DNA of 32,000 nt from Thioflavicoccus mobilis 8321 (GTDB lineage Bacteria > Pseudomonadota > Gammaproteobacteria > Chromatiales > Chromatiaceae), in assembly GCF_000327045.1 (NCBI RefSeq), contig NC_019940.1, positions 2,954,038 to 2,986,037 of the forward strand. The letters run 5' to 3'. This document shows, in pieces, positions 9,756-18,853 of the stretch. How positions within the stretch are numbered: the stretch's first letter is position 1; each line of letters starts with the position of its first letter. The translations under genes were made by a program, and so were the position numbers. Below the pieces are notes generated by a model that was not told the DNA's origin, did no database searches, and saw only the letters and a list, made by a program, of their open reading frames with translations.

Positions 9756-10113
9756 GGGGGCGACTTGGCTTCGACGTGGGTCGCAAAACCTGAGGTGCAT
9801 GCCGAGGTGCGGATAACCTCGTAAAACCAGCCGCAAATCTATAGTTGCCAACGACGACAACTACGCTCTCGCTGCTTAATCCCAGCGGGCCTCTGGCCGT
9901 CGCTTGCCTGTGGGCGGCGGATTCCAGGGGTAACCTCACATAGGATCGCGGTGACGGGAGTCCGGACCTGATCCGCTAAAACCTCACGGAATCGCCGACC
10001 GATCGCCCTGCCCTTCGGGCGTTGGAAGGTTAAAAACAATAGAACGGGCTAAGCATGTAGGACCGAGGGCAGAGGGCTTGCGGACGCGGGTTCGATTCCC
10101 GCCGCCTCCACCA
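9756..10113 (+). ncRNA. ssrA: tmRNA (transfer-messenger RNA)
   Basis: The 5' GGGGGCG pairs with the 3' CGCCTCC-A-CCA, giving an acceptor stem with a G3:U70 wobble. A T-arm 'GGGTTCGATTCCC' is present. The internal tag frame at 9847..9879 (GCC AAC GAC GAC AAC TAC GCT CTC GCT GCT TAA) encodes ANDDNYALAA followed by a stop. Length is 358 nt. Confidence 0.95.
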
Positions 10114-10114
10114 A
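10100..10114 (+). repeat. attL-like direct repeat CGCCGCCTCCACCAA (the 3' end of ssrA)
   Basis: Exact 15-mer, repeated at 20996..21010. Confidence 0.75.
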
Positions 10115-10147
10115 TATTTTATTAATTAAATCATATAGTTATGATTA

Positions 10148-10179
10148 AGAAGGCCGCTCATTATGCGGCCTTTTTCTTT
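10148..10179 (+). terminator. Rho-independent terminator downstream of ssrA
   Basis: AAGGCCGC-tcattat-GCGGCCTT stem-loop followed by TTTTTCTTT, in an AT-rich stretch immediately after the tmRNA CCA end. Confidence 0.7.
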
Positions 10180-10217
10180 GCTCGTGGCCTTTCAGTGTGA
10201 TTTCCACTGTCGCAATT

Positions 10218-10469
10218 TCATTTACCTACCGACGCCGAATACCCGTGGCGGATAGCCGCTCGAGGAGGAGCCTCATCTAGGTTCAGTCCAAGACGGATGG
10301 CCGCGTCATCAAACGATGCCTCGCGGCCGGCCTCGAGATCGTTGAGACCGGCGGTAACAGCGCGGATGAAGTCGGCCCGCTCTTCGACGCCGCGCGGGAT
10401 CAAGTCGCCTGTGGCCGCAACGGTCGTTGCACTGCGCATGCTCGCGTCGTGTTCAGTTGGACTTGCCAT
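10218..10469 (-). CDS. Hypothetical small protein downstream of jetD (83 aa; coding status uncertain)
   Basis: ORF on the same strand, 75 nt after the jetD stop, with no obvious SD. The segment 'ADFIRAVTAGLNDLEAGREASFDD' loosely recalls C-terminal segments of small antitoxin/stability proteins, but I cannot assign a family. Confidence 0.3.
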   Translation of the reverse strand: MASPTEHDASMRSATTVAATGDLIPRGVEERADFIRAVTAGLNDLEAGREASFDDAAIRLGLNLDEAPPRAAIRHGYSASVGK

Positions 10470-10544
10470 CGCAACGGAAGTGGTAGAGATAAATCGGGTT
10501 CTCCGGATGTTCAGAACTTGCGACAGGGGATCAAGTCGCGGTCA

Positions 10545-11543
10545 TCACGAGGCCTCGCCGGGAGGTCCGGCGGCCAAAGCCCCCTCAAGAGCATCGGCCA
10601 TGCGCGGGTCTAGGGCGATGCGCTCCTGCTCGAGCCACAGTCCACGCGTAACAAGCTCACGAACCTGAGCCGGGGCGAAATCAAGGTTGAGGTCTTCGGG
10701 CCACCTGGTACGCAGCCCACCGGTGTTCGCAAGCTCGAACCAGAAGTCAGGTACTAACCACTTCAGGTGCGGTGCCCTCTCGCGCAAATGCAGCATGATG
10801 CGAACACCGTTCGGGTCTAAGTCGCCAAAGTGCACAACCGGGATCCCAGAGACGCGATCGAGCAAGTGTCCAACGGTGGCGGTGTCCCAGCCCGGCACGT
10901 GGGCCAGCAGCCAACCCGGTGGTGGACGTAGGTCACGCCATGCCCCCAGGTTCTCAACGAGGAGCACGGCACGAATAGCCCCCTCGAATACCAGACCGTC
11001 GAGCAAGGCTCGCTCCGGTATCGAGACCTCGCCTAGCACCGTCGCGATCCCGCTGAGGTCGACTGTTCCATTTGCCGTTCGAGCCGACAGCCGATCCGGC
11101 GGTCGCAACCTGATGGCCCCGTCATGAGAGGTGTCTGTCCCGCCGAGCGCACCCCTTCTGGCTTCGGTGAGCGATGCCTTGGAGTGCGATGCAGTGAGAG
11201 AGGCGGCGGTCCGCCGGTTAATTCGTTCCGGCAGCTCGGGGATCGCGGCCGCGCGTTCCATATCGAGCAGCCGGCCGTAGCCGTCGGGTGTTGGCGGCAG
11301 TCCCGCCGCCACAAGGTCCGCGAGTACGTCGCGCCACGCCGGCCAGACCCGGTCGATCAAGCCCGCAAGCTCCGTCCTGCGCTCCTCGACCACGCCGATC
11401 TCGTCACGGCGACCCGTGGCCCGTGTCCAAGAAAGCTCAGCAAGGGCGTCGTACGCCTCCAACTGAGTGCGTCGGCGCTTGAGGCTGCCACGTGAGAGCA
11501 GTTCCAATAATGCCAGGCGTGCGTTGTCGTTTTCCCAGATCAC
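10545..11543 (-). CDS. jetD: Wadjet JetD / MksG-like Toprim-domain nuclease subunit
   Basis: 332 aa. The C-terminal half carries Toprim-type acidic motifs: 'LLVENLGAW' (Glu197) and 'VHFGDLDPNGVRI' (Asp241-x-Asp243), spanning nt ~10815..10961. The GTG start overlaps the jetC stop (GTGA at 11540..11543). Confidence 0.82.
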   Translation of the reverse strand: MIWENDNARLALLELLSRGSLKRRRTQLEAYDALAELSWTRATGRRDEIGVVEERRTELAGLIDRVWPAWRDVLADLVAAGLPPTPDGYGRLLDMERAAAIPELPERINRRTAASLTASHSKASLTEARRGALGGTDTSHDGAIRLRPPDRLSARTANGTVDLSGIATVLGEVSIPERALLDGLVFEGAIRAVLLVENLGAWRDLRPPPGWLLAHVPGWDTATVGHLLDRVSGIPVVHFGDLDPNGVRIMLHLRERAPHLKWLVPDFWFELANTGGLRTRWPEDLNLDFAPAQVRELVTRGLWLEQERIALDPRMADALEGALAAGPPGEAS

Positions 11544-14500
11544 GCCTCGGCCCTCGTTCTTCGCCCGCTGACGAGCACCTCTTCGCGCCCGTCTGCATCG
11601 ACGCGCCGTACCAGGCGATAGGTGGTGTTACCTTCCGCTCTGGCGACCTCTGGCGCGGCGATGAGCAGCTGTAGGTCGAGTGTCTGGCATAGGTCGAAGA
11701 GAACGCCGAGGTTGTCGTGTGAAAGGCGGTTGGCCTCGTCGAGAAACAAAAAGCGGAGCGAACCGTGTGCTCGCTTCCCGCGCAGCAAATTCGCATCCCG
11801 TTCCCACTCGGTGAGCACTACCATCATCAAGGCAGCGCCAACGCCAATCGCCTCGCCGGTGGAGAGACGGGTCGGATTTGCAACCTCCCAGTCAGAACCT
11901 GCGGTACGGCGGACCTCCACCTGCAGGTGGACGTATTCACGATAATCCAGTAGCCGCTGGCCACCCGAGCGCCCGCCACCGTAGCGCCGAAAGATCTCGT
12001 CCAGGGCTTCCTCGATGGGGAGGTTTTCCTGAAAAAGAAGTCCCTGCACAGCACCTTCGCGCAGCGCTCGAAGCACCTGCTCCATGCGCTCCACCGACTG
12101 AACCTTCACCCGGATCCCTTCGATGCTGCCGAAGCTGACTCCACCCAGGTTCTGGTTGAGGCGGCTGACCTGGCCGCGTGCCTTGCGGATTTGAACGTCA
12201 ATGCCGCGGGCAACGTCCTCGCTGGCGCCACGCAGATCGTCCTCCTGTCGCTCAAGACGCTCTTCGAGCCCGGTCAGTTGATCGCGCAATCGCAGCAGCG
12301 CTTCTCGCGGGTCGTCCACTTCTGCCACCTGCGCCGGCAGCCGACGGCGCAACCAATCGCGCACCGCCAGCCAGAGCTCGAGGTAGACGTCGGCAAACCC
12401 GATGCCTTCCCCCTCCGCGTTCTTGTCGACCTTGGCGAGCAGATCCTGTGCCCCGTGAGCGGCTCGTAGCCGCTCCACGAGCACCGCCCTCTGCTTGTGT
12501 GCCTCCTGCACGAGATTAACGTGTCCGCGGATCCCGCTGACATCGCTGTTCCCGGAGGTAACGACGCTGGTGAGCAGATTCCGATCCGCTACAACCGCTC
12601 TCAGTCGCTCCCAGCGTTCAAGAGCCGGCTCAGCCTCGCGGCGTTCGACGGCAACCTTCTCTTCAGCCTCGCCGTACTCGCGAGCGGCTTGCGCCTGCTC
12701 GGCCTCGCGACGCCCCTTGGTGGTGTTCAGCTCATTGAGTTCCGCGGCGAGCACCGTCGCCTCTTCCTTCAATCGCTGCATCTCGTCATGCGCAGTCGCG
12801 ACTGCGGCTTCCGTGGGATCGGCGATCTCCATCTCCTTGAAGCGCCGCTCCGCAGCCCGAAGTTGTTCGACGGCAGCTCGGCGGCGACCATCGGCGTCCT
12901 GCCATTCGGCTGTGGCGCTCTCATACTCCTTGTCGGCAGCCTCAACCGCTACGTCCGCCTCGGAAAGCGCCTCTTCCGCCCGGCGCAGCTGTTCCTCGAG
13001 TGCGGGAACGAGCGACCGATTCGCTTCGAGCTGCGCTGGTGCGTCGTCCCAGCTCAGTGCCTCCGAGTTGCCCGCAACGAATTCCATGGCCTCGATTGCG
13101 GCATCCAACCGGTCGCGCTCATCCGAGAGGCGACTCAGCTCGGTTTCGAGAATCGCGACCTCCGCCTCCGAAAGCGGCGTTCGCCGCAGCGTGTCGAGCT
13201 TGTCCTCGACCACCCGGGCGGCTTCGCAGCAACGCTGAATCTCAGCCTGTGCCGCTTGGGCGGCATCGTGGTGCCGCTCGAGGTCGTCTCGCCGTTGCGC
13301 GTGGTCTGGAGGATCGAGCAACACAGCTGAACCGAGCAGACCGCGTAGCGCCTCAACACGTGGCGCAAGCTGGCGGGCCGCCTCCTGAAATCGGGTCATC
13401 GCGGCGCGGTGGTTCTCTTGTCGATCTTGGACCTCCGAGAGCTGACGACGAATCGCGGCTAGCACCGGTGCCGGGTCGCCGGCCAGCCACACGACCTGAC
13501 CTGCAAGCAGCGCTTCGCCATCCTCCGCCAGGCGCTCGAGCCTGCGTCGGCCCACTCGTGTGCTATCGATCTGAACATCCAGCGCATCAGCCTCAGCACG
13601 CAGCTCGGCGGCACGCTTCTCGCGCGCCTTCCGACCTAGGCGAGGACAAGTCGGAATCCGCGTGACGCGGATGGCCCGCTGCTCCGAAACGACGACATCG
13701 GTCAGTTCCTCGCTCTCGCGGGCCGCGCCCGCACCGAGTCGTGCAGTGTCCTCGTCGCGGCTTACGAACCACACATCGGAAAGCGAGTCCGGGCGGCCAT
13801 GGACCTGCTTGGCGGCTGTTGCCGGGTCATCCACGACCAGCGCCTGCACCAGCGGCCCCAGCCTCGCCTCCAGCACGGCGGCATCTTCGACAGACGCGTC
13901 CTCGAATGCACCGGCCAAGAGTTCCGCACCCAGGGCGTCCTTGAGTCGCAGCAGCTCCGTATCGAACGGCCCACCGGCGGCCAGGAGTTCTCGGGCCGCC
14001 GACTGGAGACTCTCCCGTCTCTCGACAAGCTCGGATTCGCTCGCCTTCACCTGGGTGAGATGCTGCACCACCATCTCGCGCGCGGCTTGAAGCTCCGGCA
14101 GCGAAGTTAGGGAGCACCCGAGTTCGGTCGCCAGGTGCTGGGCGCGCGTCGCGAGGTCGCGCCAGATCGGCTCGCGATCACCGAGCTCCTTTTGCCGCGC
14201 GCGCGCAGCGTCCAGCGTTCGCTGGCACTCAGCCAAATCCGCCTGGGCCTCGCGGGCTTGCTCGAGGCACCGCTCGCGCTCCTGTTCCGCCTGTTCGAGA
14301 TGCTCCGTGATCTCGATGCGGGCAGATCGCTGCCCCGAGAGGGAAAGGCTAAGTCTTTTGGCCTGCTCTCTGGCCTCGGCCTGGCGGCTGGCGAGCTTGC
14401 GGGCTTCGGCGAGTTCGGCCGCGATCGTGCTCAGACGCCCGGCCAGTGCCTCCAGATCCCGATACCGGCAAAGTTGTTGGCGGGCGGTCCCGTGGGCGGC

Positions 14501-15964
14501 GCCGGTTTCGACCGGCGCATCTGCCATCAGTTCCAGTGCCTCGAGCGCAGCCCGGTGCTCTCGCCTGTGCTCATCGGCATCAGCGAGCCGCTGCCTCGCG
14601 CCCCGCCGAGAGCGATCCACCTGATCGAGCTGAGCCCTGCTCGCGGCCACACGGCCAGCGATGGCTGCGATGGAAAGCTCGTCTTCTTCGAGTAGCCGCT
14701 CTGCCTCGCCCTTCCGACGGAGCACCTGCCTGTAAGCGCCAGCACGGCGGTGGAGTTCGTCGAGTCCGCGCTGGAGGTCTGCGAGGCCCACGCCGGCGCG
14801 CTTGTGATCGTCCCGACAGCGGTGCAGCGTTGCCCGGCAGCGGCTTCGGCTCTCCTCTCGCGCCTTGCGTTGACCCTCGGCAATCCGTGTATCGGCTTCG
14901 GCCGAAGACAGCTCTTCACGGCGGTGCGCGACTTTCTCGGCCGCCTGCAGAGCCTGCTGAAGACGCCGGAGCCAATCTTCGGCAGCGTTGACCTCCGCTG
15001 CGAGAGCCTCCTGGCGGGCGCCCTTCTTCCCGAGTTGATCGCGAACACGGGCGAGCTGATCCTCGGCCTCTGCAAGCTGCTCCTGTGCTTTGCGTTGTGC
15101 TTCCTCTGCCTCGGCCAAACGGCGTCGGAGTTCGTCTGCGCGCTCGCGGGTCGAGAGGAAGGCCGCGGCAAACATGGTCTGCCCGGCCTCGAAAACCCCG
15201 CCGATCTCACGTTCGAGCCGCTGCGCCTCCTGGACCTCGGTGCGCGTGCGTCTGCATGCATCGAGGTTGGCCTTCATGCGCTGCAGGGTGTCGGCCAGCC
15301 CGGTCTCTTCCTTCAACAAGAACGACCGCAACTCCGATGTCAGCGCCCGCGAGATGCCGCCCGTCATGCTGGTACGCAGCATCTCGTTGAGCTTGTTGCG
15401 CTCTTCGTCCGTTGCCAGGCGCAGCGGCGTCACACCGTGATCGAAAAGCGCGGCAAAGTAGTCGCGCGCGGTGCCGAAGATCTGCAAGCGCCCACCGAAG
15501 CGCGCGGCGTTCTCGCGCAGCTCATTGAGCTCGGGAACCACTTCGTGGTCACCCTGGGAGAGCAAGAGCACGTCTTGAAGGCGAACATCCGTGTCGAGCC
15601 CCGAGATGATGAAAGGCGTTGGCTCGACGGATGGCTCGCCCTTCCGGTCCAGGTGCACGCCGGCAATGAGGCACTGACCCGATGCGAGGGCGAATTCGAT
15701 CGCCGAGTAGGCAGGCCGGCCAGGCTCACCCAGGCGTCCCCAGATGCCTTTGTCACCGCCCGTCGCGCCCGTCTCCCCGAGATTCGTGAAACGCAGCCGG
15801 GACATGTCCGGGAGGAGCACGACGTAGGCCGCGATCATCACCGTTGTCTTGCCGGCTCCATTGGCCCCCTCGAGGGCCGTCACATGCCGGTCGATGAGAT
15901 AGCGCTCGTAGAAGACGCCCTTCCAGTTGACGAGCACGAGGGTCTGGGCGTGGGTACGGCTCAT
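11540..15964 (-). CDS. jetC: MukB-like SMC ATPase (Wadjet JetC / MksB)
   Basis: 1474 aa. The N-terminus has MukB-like character, 'LVLVNWKGVFYERYLIDRHVTALEGANGAGKTT' (Walker A, nt 15842..15868). About 1000 aa of Ala/Glu/Arg/Leu/Gln-rich coiled coil follow. The C-terminal head carries the 'LSTGE' signature and 'FLFLDEA' Walker B (nt 11735..11866). The ATG overlaps the jetB stop (ATGA). Confidence 0.93.
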   Translation of the reverse strand: MSRTHAQTLVLVNWKGVFYERYLIDRHVTALEGANGAGKTTVMIAAYVVLLPDMSRLRFTNLGETGATGGDKGIWGRLGEPGRPAYSAIEFALASGQCLIAGVHLDRKGEPSVEPTPFIISGLDTDVRLQDVLLLSQGDHEVVPELNELRENAARFGGRLQIFGTARDYFAALFDHGVTPLRLATDEERNKLNEMLRTSMTGGISRALTSELRSFLLKEETGLADTLQRMKANLDACRRTRTEVQEAQRLEREIGGVFEAGQTMFAAAFLSTRERADELRRRLAEAEEAQRKAQEQLAEAEDQLARVRDQLGKKGARQEALAAEVNAAEDWLRRLQQALQAAEKVAHRREELSSAEADTRIAEGQRKAREESRSRCRATLHRCRDDHKRAGVGLADLQRGLDELHRRAGAYRQVLRRKGEAERLLEEDELSIAAIAGRVAASRAQLDQVDRSRRGARQRLADADEHRREHRAALEALELMADAPVETGAAHGTARQQLCRYRDLEALAGRLSTIAAELAEARKLASRQAEAREQAKRLSLSLSGQRSARIEITEHLEQAEQERERCLEQAREAQADLAECQRTLDAARARQKELGDREPIWRDLATRAQHLATELGCSLTSLPELQAAREMVVQHLTQVKASESELVERRESLQSAARELLAAGGPFDTELLRLKDALGAELLAGAFEDASVEDAAVLEARLGPLVQALVVDDPATAAKQVHGRPDSLSDVWFVSRDEDTARLGAGAARESEELTDVVVSEQRAIRVTRIPTCPRLGRKAREKRAAELRAEADALDVQIDSTRVGRRRLERLAEDGEALLAGQVVWLAGDPAPVLAAIRRQLSEVQDRQENHRAAMTRFQEAARQLAPRVEALRGLLGSAVLLDPPDHAQRRDDLERHHDAAQAAQAEIQRCCEAARVVEDKLDTLRRTPLSEAEVAILETELSRLSDERDRLDAAIEAMEFVAGNSEALSWDDAPAQLEANRSLVPALEEQLRRAEEALSEADVAVEAADKEYESATAEWQDADGRRRAAVEQLRAAERRFKEMEIADPTEAAVATAHDEMQRLKEEATVLAAELNELNTTKGRREAEQAQAAREYGEAEEKVAVERREAEPALERWERLRAVVADRNLLTSVVTSGNSDVSGIRGHVNLVQEAHKQRAVLVERLRAAHGAQDLLAKVDKNAEGEGIGFADVYLELWLAVRDWLRRRLPAQVAEVDDPREALLRLRDQLTGLEERLERQEDDLRGASEDVARGIDVQIRKARGQVSRLNQNLGGVSFGSIEGIRVKVQSVERMEQVLRALREGAVQGLLFQENLPIEEALDEIFRRYGGGRSGGQRLLDYREYVHLQVEVRRTAGSDWEVANPTRLSTGEAIGVGAALMMVVLTEWERDANLLRGKRAHGSLRFLFLDEANRLSHDNLGVLFDLCQTLDLQLLIAAPEVARAEGNTTYRLVRRVDADGREEVLVSGRRTRAEA

Positions 15965-16677
15965 CTGTCAGCCTCCTCCTCGTCGTCCTCGGCTCCATGA
16001 CCGTCGCTGCCGTCGTTTTCGTCCTCTTCGTCAGCGTCGTCTCTCTCGACGGCTTCGCCGAGGACGATCTCACCGCTCCGGACCAGCCGTTCCAGCGCGG
16101 CTTGCCGGTCGCTCAGGTCGCGGACTGGCTCGGCGAATCGCATCAATGCGGGACGTAGGCGTAGCATCGCGTCGTCGACCGAATCGATGAACCCGAGGTC
16201 CGTCAGGCGCCGAAGGGCCTCGGCGACCTTGGTGCGGACGGTCTCGGCGGCTATCCGTTCATCGAACTTCCTGCGCCGTGGATTGAGGGTGCGGACCAGC
16301 GCTTCCGTCCCCAACAAACCAGATAGCCTCTGCAGAAGCGTCTCGCGCTCGACCATGCCCCCGTGCTGCAAGGTGGCGGGATCCAGGTACATCAGCGCGA
16401 GGGTCTGGCCGACGAGCATCTCGCCCGCGGTCAATTGGCGACGGCCGAGTCGATCCCCCGAAGGCAGCAGGTAGAAGTACCCGTCCGCCCGCTGCATCAG
16501 CTCACAGCCGAACCGCCGATAGAAGGGCTCGAGGTGGTCGAGGGCATCGACGAGGTAGTCATAGGCGGTGCCATCGTCGCGCCCGACGTGCCGACCGCAA
16601 CGAAGGGCGAGGTCCACCTCGGGAAAGTGCTCGTCGCTGACGGCCTCTTCGAGGGACTGAAAGCTGGAGGTGGTCAC
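15961..16677 (-). CDS. jetB: MukE-like subunit (Wadjet JetB / MksE) with an acidic C-terminal tail
   Basis: 'LALRCGRHVGRDDGTAYDYLVDALDHLEPFYRRFGCELMQRADGYFYLLP...MLVGQTLALMYLDP' is colinear with MukE as I recall it. The tail is 'ERDDADEEDENDGSDGHGAEDDEEEADR'. The track start at 16743 would overlap jetA by 70 nt. I use the GTG at 16677, which overlaps the jetA stop (GTGA) and follows a GAGGGAGGGAGAG SD. Confidence 0.88.
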   Translation of the reverse strand: MTTSSFQSLEEAVSDEHFPEVDLALRCGRHVGRDDGTAYDYLVDALDHLEPFYRRFGCELMQRADGYFYLLPSGDRLGRRQLTAGEMLVGQTLALMYLDPATLQHGGMVERETLLQRLSGLLGTEALVRTLNPRRRKFDERIAAETVRTKVAEALRRLTDLGFIDSVDDAMLRLRPALMRFAEPVRDLSDRQAALERLVRSGEIVLGEAVERDDADEEDENDGSDGHGAEDDEEEADR

Positions 16678-17978
16678 CGTCGCTCTCCCTCCCTCGGCAG
16701 TTCCCAGTCCTCCACTTCCAGGCGTGGCGCAACGGTACGCCACAGACGCTCAATCGCGCTGCGTGGCGAGGTGATGCGCGCGAGCACGTCGGCCACACGG
16801 CCTGTGACGGCGTAACGAAGATCAGCGGGAAACTGTGGTAACACCCACTCGGTCACCTCGGCCAGGGATCGAGCGCCCGCGGCCAGCGCGTCTTCCACCA
16901 ATGTCTCCATATTCAGGCCGGCATCTTCCGGATCGACAAGATCAGGCGAGCCCTCCCGGTCCGTACGTGGTCTCATGACAGCTGGCCGCTCAACTCGTGA
17001 TTCGAGGGGACGGAGCAGCCGGATTGAAAGTGCCGCCGCCACGAGCAAGTGGAACGGTGTCGACGGCCAGTTCGCGACCTGGTCGCGCAGCCGCTGACTC
17101 AACGCTCGGTCCGGGTCAAGGCGTACGACATCGCGAAGATAGCGATGAACGTATTGGTAATATTCCGACCACGCGCGCTGCCGGGCGCCGCCCCAGGCCG
17201 CTATGCGATCGACGTGCTCGATGACGCGTTGCACCGCCTCTTCGGGCTCGGCCTGGTCCGCCTCGGAGGCCAAGGCCTGAATCTCTTGCAGCAGCGCGAC
17301 GAAGTGATGGGTGTCGCGGAGTAGGACCTCGTTGAGTTCCCGCAGCGTATTGGTAGTCGTGTCGAGCAGCGACTGGCATCGATCGACGGCACCGAACCAA
17401 TCCACCTGCAGGAGTTTGGCGATCTCTGCCTGCACCTCTTCCTGTTGTGAATCGAGTCCCCGCTGCCGGCGCTCAATGCCGCCGACAAGATCGCCAACGG
17501 TTACCCGCAGGGGAGCCACCACATGCTCCCGCCAGGCATCCGCGGTGTCAGCACGCCTGGCTGCCGCGAGGATCTCGGCAAGCTGAGCCCGAAGCGTGCC
17601 CGTGAGTAGGGTCAAGCTCTCGCGTGTGAGTGCTTCATCGGCGATGAAGTACTCGACGACTGCGGCCGCCAGTCGCGTCAGCGTGTACTCACCCGATCGA
17701 ACGATGCCCGCGCCGTCCACTCGGACCAGCATGCGCTGGTCGCGGAGTCGTTGGATGGCGTGGGTCGCTCGCTTGCGTGGACGCTCCGCACCCGGGTCTA
17801 CCACGTCGCATACCTGTTCGAACATGTCGATCAGCACGTCTTCTTCGAACGACGCGAGGGACGCCCGGTCGGCCCGCAGGTATAGGCCGGCAAGAAAACA
17901 CAGGTCGAGCGTTTTCAGATCGAGATTGATCTGATCTCGTGCGAGTGCAGCAATGAGGCGGCTAGGGTCCGATGGCAT
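16674..17978 (-). CDS. jetA: MukF-like kleisin subunit (Wadjet JetA / MksF)
   Basis: 'RATHAIQRLRDQRMLVRV...YTLTRLAAAVVEYF', 'EIAKLLQVDWFGAVDRCQSLLDTTTNTLRELNEVL' and 'AWSEYYQYVHRYLRDVVRLDPDRALSQRLRDQV' are colinear with MukF as I recall it (wHTH, middle helical region, linker). The ATG at 17978 sits 6 nt after an AGGAG SD and shares one nucleotide with the abiEii stop (TGATG). Confidence 0.88.
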   Translation of the reverse strand: MPSDPSRLIAALARDQINLDLKTLDLCFLAGLYLRADRASLASFEEDVLIDMFEQVCDVVDPGAERPRKRATHAIQRLRDQRMLVRVDGAGIVRSGEYTLTRLAAAVVEYFIADEALTRESLTLLTGTLRAQLAEILAAARRADTADAWREHVVAPLRVTVGDLVGGIERRQRGLDSQQEEVQAEIAKLLQVDWFGAVDRCQSLLDTTTNTLRELNEVLLRDTHHFVALLQEIQALASEADQAEPEEAVQRVIEHVDRIAAWGGARQRAWSEYYQYVHRYLRDVVRLDPDRALSQRLRDQVANWPSTPFHLLVAAALSIRLLRPLESRVERPAVMRPRTDREGSPDLVDPEDAGLNMETLVEDALAAGARSLAEVTEWVLPQFPADLRYAVTGRVADVLARITSPRSAIERLWRTVAPRLEVEDWELPREGERR

Positions 17979-18853
17979 CAATCGCTCCTGCCGAGCTTCG
18001 CTGCGGCGATGGCGTGAGGCATGAGGAATCGGGCAACACCTTCGATCACCTCAGGTAGGCTGCCGGGACGAAGCGCCACGTTCTCCAGAAAAGCACTCCA
18101 CTGACGCCGCTTCTGCTCATCCTCGGCAAAGGCCGGCGTAAGGGCATCCGGCAGGTCCGCCGGGATCTCGGTCTCGCGCCGTTCGAAGGTCGCGGCGATT
18201 GCGCGGGCAAGCCGGTTGTCGTCGAACGGAAACGACTGGCTGAGGAGCCAAATGTCATAGAAGTCCTTCATTCGGCTGTTCGCGCGCCCAAGCGCCACCA
18301 TTGCCTGGAATTTCTCGGCAATCACCGTTTCGCGGGCGTAGGCGCGCAGGCGAGGTGCGGGAAGGTCCAGCATGCACGGGTAGTCGATGACCTCGGCACC
18401 CGGCTCCAACGCGTCTCCGAATGCGACGTCGACTGTTACAGCGATACGGGCACCACTGATCGATGCGGTCGTGCGCAGCCGCAGTCCGCCGTACTCGAAC
18501 TCCTCCCGGATCAGGTCGACACGTACCGCGTTCGAATCGAATTCGACGCCATCCTCGACGTCGATCGCGAGAATCTCCTGGAATGCTGCAGCCATCGCCT
18601 CCGGGCTTGGATCGCCGAATCCCAACAGGTCGAGATCACGCGTAGCCCGGTGTGGATCCGTAAACCAGCTCGTCAGCAGCATCGCGCCCTTGAGCACGAA
18701 TCGGTCGGAGAAGGCCGACGTGCTGAGACGGTAAAGCAGGCGTTCCAACGCATAGCGGGTGAGTATCAGCTCGAAACTCTGTCCCGTTTCTCGAGAGAGA
18801 TTCTGCAGACGCGCCCGAACGGAGGCGCCGACGTTTCTGATCTCCCTAGGCAT
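17978..18853 (-). CDS. abiEii: AbiEii/AbiGii-family nucleotidyltransferase toxin (DUF1814)
   Basis: 291 aa. The N-terminal NTase core 'FVLKGAMLL...HRATRDLDLLG' has a DxD at nt 18629..18637. Later segments 'TVIAEKFQAMVALGRANSRMKDFYDIW' are typical of the family. It is paired with an AbiEi-like gene upstream, overlapping it by 8 nt. Confidence 0.87.
   Translation of the reverse strand: MPREIRNVGASVRARLQNLSRETGQSFELILTRYALERLLYRLSTSAFSDRFVLKGAMLLTSWFTDPHRATRDLDLLGFGDPSPEAMAAAFQEILAIDVEDGVEFDSNAVRVDLIREEFEYGGLRLRTTASISGARIAVTVDVAFGDALEPGAEVIDYPCMLDLPAPRLRAYARETVIAEKFQAMVALGRANSRMKDFYDIWLLSQSFPFDDNRLARAIAATFERRETEIPADLPDALTPAFAEDEQKRRQWSAFLENVALRPGSLPEVIEGVARFLMPHAIAAAKLGRSD

Noticed and set aside
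11622-16000. Numerous ORFs of 60-416 aa on both strands inside jetC (e.g. 14750..16000, 12495..13330, 14527..15261)
   Set aside because: All overlap the 1474-aa MukB-like frame, which has Walker A, signature and Walker B motifs at the expected ends. The alternative frames are Ser/Arg/Ala-rich low-complexity translations.
16678-16743. A 70-nt jetA/jetB overlap implied by the track start of jetB at 16743
   Set aside because: A GTG at 16677 with a strong upstream SD gives the same 4-nt stop/start overlap seen at the other junctions. The extra 22 residues (MAYRCATPGSGG...) look like off-frame jetA sequence.
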